Origin: an uncultured Nitrospiraceae bacterium
GTDB taxonomy: Bacteria; Nitrospirota; Thermodesulfovibrionia; Thermodesulfovibrionales; Dissulfurispiraceae
Length of the DNA: 64,000 nucleotides
Assembly (NCBI GenBank): GCA_963705105.1
Contig: CAVPIW010000010.1
Span: forward strand, 1-64,000
Direction of reading: 5' to 3'
This document shows positions 35,115-44,401 of the stretch, in pieces (position 1 is the first letter of the stretch; every line of letters starts with the position of its first letter). The position numbers and the translations under genes were made by a program. The notes beneath the pieces were generated by a model. It made no database searches, was not told where the DNA came from, and saw only the letters and a list, made by a program, of their open reading frames with translations.

Positions 35115-35519
35115 TCACGGGGTCTCCCCTTTGACGATGATCTCCGTCTCCCCGATGGCGCCATGCCTGATCGTGAAGGCCTTCACCGACGGCGTCGGGT
35201 CCATCAGGCTGACGATCACATAGACCACATCGTCATAAAAGGCAAGGTTCACATCCGTCCCGGAAGGGTAGGCGGGGGAGGTCGGGTGGGAGTGAAAGAT
35301 CGCCGCCATGGAGATGCCCCTGGCCCGCATGTCCTTCATGACGGCAAACTGCTCCTTTGAGTCCATCAGGTACGTGACGGGGGACTGCTCGGTATTCGTC
35401 ATCGGGTAGAAGGCCGTAATCTCGTCGCCCCTGCCGGCGAGGATGCCGCATGCTTCATTCGGGAAGCAGGCCCGGCAATGGGCGATCATGTCATCGTATA
35501 TGGATGCCGGAATGACCAT
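35115..35519 (-). CDS. Mec/JAB (JAMM) family metallopeptidase
   Basis: PNEACGIL and HSHPTSPAYPSGTD JAMM motif. Confidence 0.9.
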   Translation of the reverse strand: MVIPASIYDDMIAHCRACFPNEACGILAGRGDEITAFYPMTNTEQSPVTYLMDSKEQFAVMKDMRARGISMAAIFHSHPTSPAYPSGTDVNLAFYDDVVYVIVSLMDPTPSVKAFTIRHGAIGETEIIVKGETP

Positions 35520-35559
35520 GCCTGCTATTTCATTTCATTAGTGTCCAAAATAACGTGAT

Positions 35560-35884
35560 ACGAGGATAGGGCGTGATTTCTCAGCAAAATAAACCCTTAT
35601 CACCGCAATGAGATCTCCGGAAAGACGGGGCGGAGATGCCACCGTAAGAAGTCATTGAGTCATTGAGTCATTCGTCAGCGCTCGACGTCGCAACGAGGCC
35701 ACGAACGCGTCGACGGGAAGGCTGATGTGGTGAAAAGCCTTTCCGCTAAGATACCTTACTCGTCCCCAGACCACCCTTTGCCGTGTCCATCGATACCATA
35801 AGCCCGTCAGGCAACAGGCGCTGAACACCTGGAGATGTCTTATCACCGCATTGGAAAGGCTTTGAACCATATCTGCCTTCCCGG
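35560..35884 (-). repeat. Repeat mosaic: family C end (35560-35594), family A right end (35593-35645), short aatgactc repeats, family B (35715-35882)
   Basis: The reverse complement matches 367-533 and about 594-642. 35560-35594 matches the reverse complement of 42351-42385. Confidence 0.8.
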
Positions 35885-35898
35885 AGGGATCACCGGTC

Positions 35899-36699
35899 TC
35901 AGAGCCTGCAGTACCCGGGGTCGTAATCGGCCAGTTCCGTAATAGTCGGGTGGTCGCTGCACACGGGACAGTGAGGGTTCCTCGGCACTCTCACCCGCCT
36001 GAAAGTGGTCCTCAGGGCGTCATAGATGAGGAGCACGCCCTTCAGGACGTCTCCCTTGCCGAGGATCAGCTTGAGCACTTCCGTCGCCTGCAGGGCACCG
36101 ACGACGCCGGTGATGGCGCCGAGCACCCCGGCCTCCTGACAGGAGGGCACGAGGCCGGGCGGCGGCATTTCCTCGAAGAGACAGCGGTAGCAGTGGCCCT
36201 CGCCCGGAATGACCGTCGTGACCTGTCCCTCGAACCTCAGGATGGCCCCGCTTACCAGGGGCTTCTTCATCATGACGCAGGCGTCATTGACAAGATAGCG
36301 GGTGGGAAAGTTGTCCGACCCGTCGACGACGATGTCATAGTCGCCCATGAAGTCCCGGATGTTGTCTTTCGTCAGCCTTTCCTGAATGGCCACGACCCTG
36401 ACATCCGTATTGAGCGCCTCGAAGGTGGCCTTCGCCGACAGCACCTTCGGCATGCCGAGGGTCTTCGTGCTGTGCGCGATCTGCCTCTGGAGGTTGCTCA
36501 GCTCCACCTCGTCATTATCGACCATCCCGATGGTCCCGACACCCGCAGCGGCAAGGTAGTAGCCCACGGGACAGCCCAGTCCCCCGGCGCCGATGATGAG
36601 CACCTTCGCCTGGAGGATCTTCTTCTGGCCCTTGCCGCCCACCTCGGGGAGGATGATGTGACGGCTGTACCGCTGTATCTGCTTCTCCGAAAACTCCAT
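35899..36699 (-). CDS. MoeB/ThiF/HesA-family E1-like adenylyltransferase
   Basis: RYSRHI, GAGGLG, SNLQRQ, DGSDNFPTRY, CYRC, SCQEAG, CPVC. Confidence 0.93.
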   Translation of the reverse strand: MEFSEKQIQRYSRHIILPEVGGKGQKKILQAKVLIIGAGGLGCPVGYYLAAAGVGTIGMVDNDEVELSNLQRQIAHSTKTLGMPKVLSAKATFEALNTDVRVVAIQERLTKDNIRDFMGDYDIVVDGSDNFPTRYLVNDACVMMKKPLVSGAILRFEGQVTTVIPGEGHCYRCLFEEMPPPGLVPSCQEAGVLGAITGVVGALQATEVLKLILGKGDVLKGVLLIYDALRTTFRRVRVPRNPHCPVCSDHPTITELADYDPGYCRL

Positions 36700-36704
36700 C
36701 TCCC

Positions 36705-36950
36705 CTACTCCTTCTCTTTCCTGATCACAAGCACCCAGTCCGTGTCGTTGATCTTTTCAACCTTCAGCACCGTCTGCCCATGGTCCTGCATGGATTTCGG
36801 GATGCTCCGGGCCGCTTCCTCGTAATCGAGGAGTATTTCAATGACTTCGCCGACCTCCATGTCCTCCACGGCGAGCTTGGATTTGACGAACGTATAGGGG
36901 CAGACGAGCCCCTTGATGTTGATCTTCCTGTCCACTGCGATCTGTTCCAT
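36705..36950 (-). CDS. TusA-family sulfurtransferase
   Basis: INIKGLVCPYTFVKSK motif, about 81 aa. Confidence 0.85.
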   Translation of the reverse strand: MEQIAVDRKINIKGLVCPYTFVKSKLAVEDMEVGEVIEILLDYEEAARSIPKSMQDHGQTVLKVEKINDTDWVLVIRKEKE

Positions 36951-36965
36951 GCCTGAGTTCACCTG

Positions 36966-38279
36966 TTACGCCTCCTTGCCTTCCACCCTGATGAAAACCG
37001 TCCTGTCCGATACGACGGGCAGGCTGTCGATTTCCTGTATGGCGCGGATCACGCCATGCTCGCGGGCCCGGTGTGTCAAAACGACGAGCGGAACGGAGCC
37101 CCCGATGCGCCGGCCCTTCTGGATGACCGACGCGATGCTGATGTTGTTGTCGCCGAGAATGCCCGATATTTTCGAGAGCACCCCCGGCTCGTCCATCGCC
37201 GAGAATCTGAAGTAGTATTTGCTCTCGATATCACCGATCTTCCTGATCTTTTTCCCGGCAGCGGACGGCCCGCCCCAGAAGGAGGGACGCGCCATGGCGC
37301 ACCCCGACAGGATCTTCTTGCCGATATCGACGATGTCGGCGACGACGGCGCTTCCCGTGGGGAGGTCCCCCGCTCCCCTGCCGTAGAAGAGGGCCGATCC
37401 CACAGCGTCCCCTTCGACGTAGATGGCGTTGAAGACGCCGTCGACCTTCGATATCAGGTATTCGTTGGGGACCATTGTCGGATGGACCCTCATTTCGATT
37501 TCATCACCCGAGAGTTTCGCAATCGCCAGGAGTTTCACCTTGTACCCCAGTTCAGAGGCGAACTCGATGTCCTGGGCCGTTATCCTCGTGATGCCCTCGC
37601 AATAGACCTGGTCGTAGGAAAGGGGGATCCCGTAGGCGAGGGATGCAAGGATGGTGAGCTTGTGCGCCGAATCGAAGCCCTCGATGTCAAAGGTGGGGTC
37701 GGCCTCGGCATATCCGAGGGCCTGCGCTTCGGCGAGCGCTTCCGAGAATTCCACCTTTTCGTTCGTCATCTTCGTGAGGATATAGTTCGACGTGCCGTTG
37801 ATGATGCCGTAGACGGCGAGTATCCGGTTGGCCACGAGACCTTCTCTCAGCACCTTGATGACCGGTATGCCGCCAGCGACGGATGCCTCGAACCCCACAT
37901 CGACGCCCTGGCGGGCCGCCTCCGTAAATATATCATTCCCCTCCGTGGCCAGGAGGGCCTTGTTCGCCGTGACGACGTGCTTCTTCGAGCCGATCGCCCC
38001 GAGAATGAATTCCTTTGCAGGATGGGTCCCGCCGATGAGCTCCACGACGACATCCACATCAGGGTCTCCAAGGATGGCCTGCACGTCCGTCGTGAGCATG
38101 CCGGTCGGGAGCCTGATGCCGCGGTCCCGTTCGATATCGAGGTCCGCGATCTTCCTGATGACGATATCGAAGCCCGCTCTTTCCCTGATGAGGTCCCCGT
38201 TTTCGAGCAGGATCTTTGCCGTCCCGCTGCCGACGGTGCCGAAACCGATGATGCCGACGTTGATGCTGTTCTTCTTCAT
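36966..38279 (-). CDS. hom: Homoserine dehydrogenase with C-terminal ACT domain
   Basis: GFGTVG, VVTANK, EASVAGGIP, NGTSNYIL, GYAEADP, GRGAG. Confidence 0.96.
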   Translation of the reverse strand: MKKNSINVGIIGFGTVGSGTAKILLENGDLIRERAGFDIVIRKIADLDIERDRGIRLPTGMLTTDVQAILGDPDVDVVVELIGGTHPAKEFILGAIGSKKHVVTANKALLATEGNDIFTEAARQGVDVGFEASVAGGIPVIKVLREGLVANRILAVYGIINGTSNYILTKMTNEKVEFSEALAEAQALGYAEADPTFDIEGFDSAHKLTILASLAYGIPLSYDQVYCEGITRITAQDIEFASELGYKVKLLAIAKLSGDEIEMRVHPTMVPNEYLISKVDGVFNAIYVEGDAVGSALFYGRGAGDLPTGSAVVADIVDIGKKILSGCAMARPSFWGGPSAAGKKIRKIGDIESKYYFRFSAMDEPGVLSKISGILGDNNISIASVIQKGRRIGGSVPLVVLTHRAREHGVIRAIQEIDSLPVVSDRTVFIRVEGKEA

Positions 38280-38329
38280 GATCCTATGCTTTCCCTCGTC
38301 ATGTTCATCTGCGCTGCATCAGCAGCTTT

Positions 38330-38532
38330 ATCGTATCGTTGGAGTAGGACCTCCGGAAAGGCGGGGCAAAGATGCCGAAAAGCCTTGGTGCTGCGAAACC
38401 TTTGCCTTCCCATGAGGATCATTTCAGGCCCACGGTTTATGACACAAAGGATGGAATCCTGAATATCCAATTTCAAATGATTATCCTCGCTATCAGCAAG
38501 GCATTGAGGCATTTTGTCCCGCCTTTTCATAC
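38330..38532 (-). repeat. Repeat family A copy 4
   Basis: The reverse complement aligns end to end with 47921-48125. Confidence 0.88.
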
Positions 38533-38537
38533 CATGT

Positions 38538-39713
38538 TCACTTGTTCAGGGCCTTCTTGATCCCTTTGACGGCCTGCCGTATCCTGTGCTCGTTCTCGAC
38601 AAGGGCGAACCGCACGAATCCCTCGCCGCCCTCTCCGAAGCCGATGCCGGGCGAGACGGCGACCTTCGCCTCGGCGATCAGGTATTTGCAGAATTCGAGG
38701 GACCCCATGCTCCTGAAAGCCTCGGGGATCCCGGCCCAGACGAACATCGTGGCCCTGGGAGGCTCGATCTTCCAGCCGGCCCTGTTCAGGCCTTTGACCA
38801 GCACGTCTCTCCTCGATTCATAGGTCTTCCTGATGTCCTCGACGCAGTCCTGGGGCCCCCGCAGAGCGACGATGCTCGCGATCTGGATGGGCTGGAACAT
38901 GCCGTAGTCGAGGTAACTCTTGATCTTGATAAGGGCGCCGACAATGTCCCTGTTTCCGACGCAGAACCCGACCCTCCAGCCTGCCATGGAATAGCTCTTG
39001 GTCATGGAGAAGACCTCGACGCCGATGTCCTTCGCTCCCGGCACCTGGAGAAAGCTGGGCGCCCTGTAATCGTCGAAGCACAGGTCGGCATATGCGAAGT
39101 CGTGGATGACGAAGACGTTGTTTTCCTTTGCAAAATCGACGACTTTTCTGAAAAAGTCGAGGCCGTCAACGACCATCGTCGTCGGGTTGTGAGGAAAATT
39201 GATGATGAGCATCTTCGGTCTCGGCCAGGATGTCCTGAATGCCCGCTCCAGTTCCCCGAAGAAATCGATGCCGGGACCGATGGGGACGCTGATCACCTCA
39301 CCGCCGGCGATGATGACGCTGTAAGGGTGGATCGGGTAGGCCGGCGCCGGTGTCATGACGAGGTCTCCCGGCTGGACCGTCGCAAGGACGAGATGGGAGA
39401 GGCCCTCCTTGGAGCCGATCGTGACGACCGCCTCCGATTCCGGATCGATGTCGACGTTGAATCTCCTCGCGTACCATTCCGAGATGGCCATCCTGAGCTG
39501 GGTGATGCCCTTCGACGCGGAGTACCGGTGGTTCTTCGGGTTCCTTGAGGCCTCACGGAGCTTGTCGATGATGTGCTTCGGCGTGGGGAGATCGGGGTTG
39601 CCCATGCCGAGGTCGATGACATCCTCCCCCCGTCTCCGGTAGTCCATTTTCAGGGTGTTGACGATCGCAAAGACATAAGGCGGAAGTCTTTTTATCCTGT
39701 TGAATTCAAACAT
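38538..39713 (-). CDS. Class I/II PLP aminotransferase (AlaC-like)
   Basis: [44 protein letters not shown]. Confidence 0.88.
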   Translation of the reverse strand: MFEFNRIKRLPPYVFAIVNTLKMDYRRRGEDVIDLGMGNPDLPTPKHIIDKLREASRNPKNHRYSASKGITQLRMAISEWYARRFNVDIDPESEAVVTIGSKEGLSHLVLATVQPGDLVMTPAPAYPIHPYSVIIAGGEVISVPIGPGIDFFGELERAFRTSWPRPKMLIINFPHNPTTMVVDGLDFFRKVVDFAKENNVFVIHDFAYADLCFDDYRAPSFLQVPGAKDIGVEVFSMTKSYSMAGWRVGFCVGNRDIVGALIKIKSYLDYGMFQPIQIASIVALRGPQDCVEDIRKTYESRRDVLVKGLNRAGWKIEPPRATMFVWAGIPEAFRSMGSLEFCKYLIAEAKVAVSPGIGFGEGGEGFVRFALVENEHRIRQAVKGIKKALNK

Positions 39714-40554
39714 CTCTTCTCCCTCTATACATCTCATCGGCGTTCATGGAGCTCCTGACGAGCGGTCCCGAGGCGACGAACCCGAACCCCGCCGCATAGG
39801 CACGCTGCTTCAGGTGTTCGAAGAATTCCGGTCTCCTGTATTCGACGACGGGCATGTTCGCCTTGCCCGGCCGGAGATACTGACCGATGGTGATCATGTC
39901 GCACGCCGCCTCTCTCACGTCATGAAAGAGCTCTTCTATCTCCCGGGCCTCCTCGCCGAGACCGACCATGAGGCCCGTTTTCATTTTTATGTGGGGAGCC
40001 AGTTCCTTTGCATTGCGCAGCACCTCCAGCGAGCGTTCATATAACGCCTGGGGCCTCACTGATGCGTAGAGCCTTCTCACCGTTTCCATGTTGTGGTTAA
40101 AGACATCCGGTCCCGCTTCGAGCACCGTCTCGATCGACTCCCGGCGGCCGAGGAAATCGGGCGTGAGCACCTCGATCCCCGCCCCGGGCAGGACCTTCCT
40201 GATCTCCCGGATTGCCGAAGCGAACTGACTCGCCCCGCCGTCATGCAGATCATCCCTCGTGACGGATGTCACAACGACATAGGTCAGGTCCATGTCGCTT
40301 GCAGCCCGGGCGACGCGCCCCGGTTCTCCGGGGTCCGGCGCTGAGGGTTTGCCGTGCGCCACGGCGCAAAACCGGCATGACCGCGTGCAAAGCTCCCCCA
40401 AAATGAGAAATGTCGCCGTCGGTCTTGAAAAGCAGAAACCCCTGTTGGGACATCGGGCCTGCTCGCAAACCGTGGCGACCTGACGGTTCCTCAGTACTCT
40501 CTTCGTCGCATGCTGCCCCGAAGCCTTAACCTTCAGCCAGTCGGGAAGAGGCAT
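39706..40554 (-). CDS. lipA: Lipoyl synthase
   Basis: [38 protein letters not shown]. Confidence 0.95.
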   Translation of the reverse strand: MPLPDWLKVKASGQHATKRVLRNRQVATVCEQARCPNRGFCFSRPTATFLILGELCTRSCRFCAVAHGKPSAPDPGEPGRVARAASDMDLTYVVVTSVTRDDLHDGGASQFASAIREIRKVLPGAGIEVLTPDFLGRRESIETVLEAGPDVFNHNMETVRRLYASVRPQALYERSLEVLRNAKELAPHIKMKTGLMVGLGEEAREIEELFHDVREAACDMITIGQYLRPGKANMPVVEYRRPEFFEHLKQRAYAAGFGFVASGPLVRSSMNADEMYRGRRDV

Positions 40555-40564
40555 GACCTTTCAG

Positions 40565-40767
40565 TGCATGAAAAGGCGGGGCGAAGCGCCTCAAAGCCTT
40601 GCTGAAGGCGACGATACGCATTGTCAGCTCCGTGTTTCACGAATCCACTCTTTGTGTCATCGACCATCGGCCTGAGTCGTCGTCTTCCGTGGCGGTTTCG
40701 GTGTCGCCGCACCAAGGTTTTCGGCGCATACACCCCGCCTTTCCGACAGTGTATTTCATCAATAAGG
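40565..40767 (+). repeat. Repeat family A copy 5 (hybrid core)
   Basis: Family A left and right ends. The core gaatccactctttgtgtcatcgacc is shared with copies 2 and 9. Confidence 0.85.
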
Positions 40768-40865
40768 ATAATTTTTTAGAATACAGGAAAAGACGATGAT
40801 ATGACAAGAAAAAGGGGCGGCGGGGTGTTTTGAAAGGGCCCTCCGTCGAGGGCCCGTGTGGTCGA

Positions 40866-41069
40866 CTATATTTTTACTACGTTGGCAGCCTTCGGTCCGC
40901 GATCGCCTTCGACGATCTCGAACTGAACCTTCTGGCCTTCTGTGAGCGTCTTGAATCCATCACCCTTAATGGAAGAGTAATGGACAAAGACATCCGGTCC
41001 GTTGTCCTGCTGGATGAAACCAAAACCCTTCGACTCGTTGAACCACTTCACCTTACCTTCAAAAGCCAT
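40866..41069 (-). CDS. Cold-shock protein
   Basis: [31 protein letters not shown] hairpin 40836-40855 downstream. Confidence 0.96.
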   Translation of the reverse strand: MAFEGKVKWFNESKGFGFIQQDNGPDVFVHYSSIKGDGFKTLTEGQKVQFEIVEGDRGPKAANVVKI

Positions 41070-41164
41070 GCGACGAAGACCTCCTTCTTAATCCTGAAAA
41101 AACAGGTTACTATGCCCGCATGAGGAGCGGGTAGCAGATTTATACCATGAGTCCCGATCAAAAG

Positions 41165-41971
41165 TCAAAGGAAATCATGCCCCCCTTCCGACCTTTTCGC
41201 CTCGTCCCAGAGGGCGTCCATTTCATCAAGGGACATCCCGGAGAGATCTCTGCCCGATTCCGCCGCTTTGCTTTCGATCATGCGGAAGCGCCGCGTAAAC
41301 TTTTCATTCGTTTTCCTTAGGGCCTCCTCGGAGTTGATGCGCAGAAAACGGGAGATGTTGACGAGGGAAAAGAGGATGTCTCCGAGCTCGTCCTCCATAC
41401 GCCCCCGCTCCCCACTTTCGACGGCCTCGTCGAACTCCCGGAGCTCCTCCCTCAGTTTTTCGAAGACATCCTCCACCCGTTTCCAGTCGAAACCGACCCT
41501 GGCAGCCCTCGCCTGGAGCCTCTGCGCCCTTAGAAGGGACGGCAGTGCCTTCGGGACCCCTTCGAGCATCGACTCCCGGTATTTCCCCTCTTCTCTCTTC
41601 CGTTCGTGCCACTGTCGTGACACAGCCCTCGCCGTGTCGAAACGGGCGTCTCCGAAGACGTGAGGGTGGCGTCCCACCATCTTGTCCGTTATTTTGGCAA
41701 TGACGTCGTCGATGCCGAATTCACCCCTCTCCCTGCCGATCTGGCAGTGAAAGACGATTTGAAAAAGGAGGTCCCCCAGTTCCTCCATGATCTGCGATGG
41801 GTCGCCGGCATCGAGGGCCTCGATCAGCTCGTAGGCTTCCTCGATGAGATAGGGTTTCAACGATTCCCGGGTCTGCTCCCTGTCCCAGGGGCACCCTTCG
41901 GCGGAGCGCAGTTTCTCCATGATATCGACGAGCCGTTTAAAATTGTCTATAGGGTGACGTTCTCTCTTCAA
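41165..41971 (-). CDS. mazG: Nucleoside triphosphate pyrophosphohydrolase MazG
   Basis: GCPWDREQT, EEAYE, EELGDLL, RHPHVF, GFDW, DELGDILF. Confidence 0.95.
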   Translation of the reverse strand: MKRERHPIDNFKRLVDIMEKLRSAEGCPWDREQTRESLKPYLIEEAYELIEALDAGDPSQIMEELGDLLFQIVFHCQIGRERGEFGIDDVIAKITDKMVGRHPHVFGDARFDTARAVSRQWHERKREEGKYRESMLEGVPKALPSLLRAQRLQARAARVGFDWKRVEDVFEKLREELREFDEAVESGERGRMEDELGDILFSLVNISRFLRINSEEALRKTNEKFTRRFRMIESKAAESGRDLSGMSLDEMDALWDEAKRSEGGHDFL

Positions 41972-41994
41972 ATTCCTTCCTGCACAGTAGGAGC

Positions 41995-42190
41995 TGCAAG
42001 AAAAGGCGGGGCAAAGCGCCTCAAAGCCTTGCTAATTGCGAGGATGATCATTTTTAAATTGGATATTAAGCATTCCATCCGCCCTGTCATCCGCCGTCGG
42101 CTGAAATGATCCGCATGGGAAGGCAAAGGTTTCGCAGCACCAAGGCTTTTCGGCACATTCGCCCCGCCTTTCGCAGCGCGGTCCGCAACA
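41995..42190 (+). repeat. Repeat family A copy 6
   Basis: aaaaggcggggcaaagcgcctcaaagccttgct...gcagcaccaaggcttttcggcacattcgccccgccttt. Confidence 0.88.
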
Positions 42191-42204
42191 CTCAGGATAA
42201 CCCG

Positions 42205-42385
42205 ACGAGGACAGGGTGTGGTTTCTGAAGCAAAATTCACGGGTACCGCGAACTGCGGCGGGAGACGAAGGCGCAAGCCGCAGCGGGAGCCGCACAGTGT
42301 ATTTATGAGAACCGTATCTTCATAACAAGGCAAGCACAAGAGGAAAGGTAGTTTATTTTGCGAAGAAATCATGCCCTGTCCTCGT
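42205..42385. mobile_element. MITE-like element family C with ~35 bp imperfect terminal inverted repeats
   Basis: acgaggacagggtgtggtttctgaagcaaaatt / attttgcgaagaaatcatgccctgtcctcgt. A 34-bp segment (42213-42246) is identical to 47810-47843. Confidence 0.65.
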
Positions 42386-42386
42386 G

Positions 42387-43298
42387 TCACGTTATTTTGG
42401 GGACAGAGAGGAGATTGCCCGCGAGCGGCCTGTCCCATGCCACGGGGAAGAGCAAATCCGGATCATAGCGGGTGATATAAAAGACCGCGTATCCCGCTTC
42501 ATCGAAGAAGGCGCGCAGGACGTTCTTTGACGCCTGTGCCTGTTCGCGGTCACCGAAATTCGAGTCCTCATGCTCAAGCAGTATGCATGGCCTGTCCCTC
42601 GACACAAGGTTTCGCGCGCCCCGCAGCACCTCCTGCTCGAAACCCTGGACATCGATCTTGATGACGCTCACGTTCACGGAGTCATCGAAACATTCATCGA
42701 GGGTCGTGACGGGTACGGAGAGTTTTTCACGGGCCATACCGCCGGGCGGCTCCAGGAATGAGGAACTCCCGATATCCCTGATGTCGCATCCGTAGAGCGT
42801 GCAAGTCCCCGTAGAGGCGCCGATGCCGATTTCATGGAGACGGATATTACCGGTACGATTGAGGGCGAGATTTTTCTTGAAACGGCTGACCGCCATGGGA
42901 TGGGGTTCAAAGGCGTGGACCCCGACGTCCGGGCACGCAACGGCGAAGGGAATCGCATAGGCGCCGATGTTGGCGCCCACGTCAATCACGATCGTGCCGG
43001 GACGGGCATAACTCACCATGAACTGCAGGACATGGGCGTCATACAGGCCTTCCCTGATGATGCCCCTTTCGACGTGGGCGCGGTGGTCACAGAGGAAAAG
43101 GACCGATCGGTCCCTGAATACGCTGTGAATGAGGACCTCTCCGTCACGGAACTGCTCGAGGTCTTTTCCGGAACAGTAGAGGTCATCTTCAGTAAGCCTT
43201 CTCCCCCTTCCGAGGCGCTTGAGATAATGGATGCGGTCGATGGTGGGGTAGGGACGCCTGAGTCGGAGCAGGTAGAGGAGACGCAGGAGCCTTCGCAT
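42387..43298 (-). CDS. FkbM-family SAM-dependent methyltransferase
   Basis: IDVGANIGAY, HAFEPHP, IKIDVQGFEQEVLRGA; AAGGAG RBS before ATG 43298. Confidence 0.9.
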   Translation of the reverse strand: MRRLLRLLYLLRLRRPYPTIDRIHYLKRLGRGRRLTEDDLYCSGKDLEQFRDGEVLIHSVFRDRSVLFLCDHRAHVERGIIREGLYDAHVLQFMVSYARPGTIVIDVGANIGAYAIPFAVACPDVGVHAFEPHPMAVSRFKKNLALNRTGNIRLHEIGIGASTGTCTLYGCDIRDIGSSSFLEPPGGMAREKLSVPVTTLDECFDDSVNVSVIKIDVQGFEQEVLRGARNLVSRDRPCILLEHEDSNFGDREQAQASKNVLRAFFDEAGYAVFYITRYDPDLLFPVAWDRPLAGNLLSVPKIT

Positions 43299-43308
43299 GG
43301 ACTCCTTT

Positions 43309-43513
43309 ACCTTATCGTTGCAAAAGGACATTCGGAAAGGCGGGGCGAAGATGCCGAAAAGCATTGGTGCTGCGAAACCTCTGCCTTCCCATATGGATCG
43401 TTTCGAGCTTATATTTGATCGCATAAAAGATGCGATCCCCATTGCCCAATTTCAAATGATGAAGCTCGCTATTAGCAAGGCTTTGAGGCACTTTGTCCCG
43501 CCTTATCATGCAA
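43309..43513 (-). repeat. Repeat family A copy 7
   Basis: The reverse complement aligns with 47921-48125, including the tail ttgcaacgataaggt. Confidence 0.88.
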
Positions 43514-43522
43514 CAGCAATGT

Positions 43523-44401
43523 TTACCCGGTCAGGATCTCCAGGATCTCCCGGTACCGTGCGGCGGTCTTGCCGATGATCTCTTCGGGCAGGACCGGCCC
43601 CGGATATGTCTTGTCCCAGTCGAGGGTAAGGAGGTAGTCCCGGACGATCTGTTTGTCGTAGCTGTCCTGTCCTTTTCCGGGCTGATAGTCCCGTATGGAC
43701 CAGAAGCGGGACGAATCGGGGGTGAGCAGTTCGTCGATAAGCGTGAGACGCCCGTCGACGAGGCCGAACTCCATCTTCGTGTCGGCGATGATGATGCCCT
43801 TCTTCTCGGCGATCTCCCGGGCCTTCCCGTAGACGCTCAGGCTTGCCGACCTCAACTGCTCAGCCAGGTCAGGTCCGATTATTCCTGCCGTCTCGTCAAA
43901 GGAGATGTTGATGTCATGGCCCTCTTCGGCTTTTGTACTGGGGGTGAAAATGGGGGTGTCGAGGCGCGACGACTCGACGAGGCCTTCGGGAAGCCTGATG
44001 CCGCAGACCATGCCGGTCTTCTTGTAGTCCTGCCAGCCTGAACCGGAAAGGTACCCCCGGACGATGCACTCGACGGGTATGGTCTCCGCCTTTTTCACCA
44101 GCATGCTCCTGCCGGAAAGGTCGTCCCTGTATTTGTGGAGGATTGCCGGGTAGTCGTCCACGTCCGTGGCGACGATGTGATTGCCGATGATCCCCTCCAC
44201 CTGCCTGAACCAGAAGAGGGAAATCCTCGTCAGCACCTCTCCCTTGCCCGGGATGCCGTTGGGAAGGACGACGTCAAAGGCGGACACCCTGTCTGAGGCT
44301 ATGATGAGCAGATAATCGCCGATCTCGTAAATATCCCGCACTTTGCCCCGGCGCAGAAAACGAACGTCGTCAAGGTGACTCTCCATCAAGACATCTGCCA
44401 T
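43523..44401 (-). CDS. purC: SAICAR synthetase
   Basis: RGKVRDIY, SDRVSAFD, ECIVRGYLSGS, FTPSTKA, ADTKMEFG, DELLTPDSSRFW. Confidence 0.96.
   Translation of the reverse strand: MADVLMESHLDDVRFLRRGKVRDIYEIGDYLLIIASDRVSAFDVVLPNGIPGKGEVLTRISLFWFRQVEGIIGNHIVATDVDDYPAILHKYRDDLSGRSMLVKKAETIPVECIVRGYLSGSGWQDYKKTGMVCGIRLPEGLVESSRLDTPIFTPSTKAEEGHDINISFDETAGIIGPDLAEQLRSASLSVYGKAREIAEKKGIIIADTKMEFGLVDGRLTLIDELLTPDSSRFWSIRDYQPGKGQDSYDKQIVRDYLLTLDWDKTYPGPVLPEEIIGKTAARYREILEILTG

Noticed and set aside
35115..36950. Further selenocysteine read-through at the TGA stops of mec and moeB, or in tusA
   Set aside because: The proteins are full length at those stops, which do not align with conserved Cys positions, and TusA has a normal Cys codon.
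38276..38560. Small ORFs within family A copies (also 42032-42295, 43312-43509, 35652-35870)
   Set aside because: Peptide similarity only reflects the DNA repeat; starts, stops and frames are not conserved between copies.
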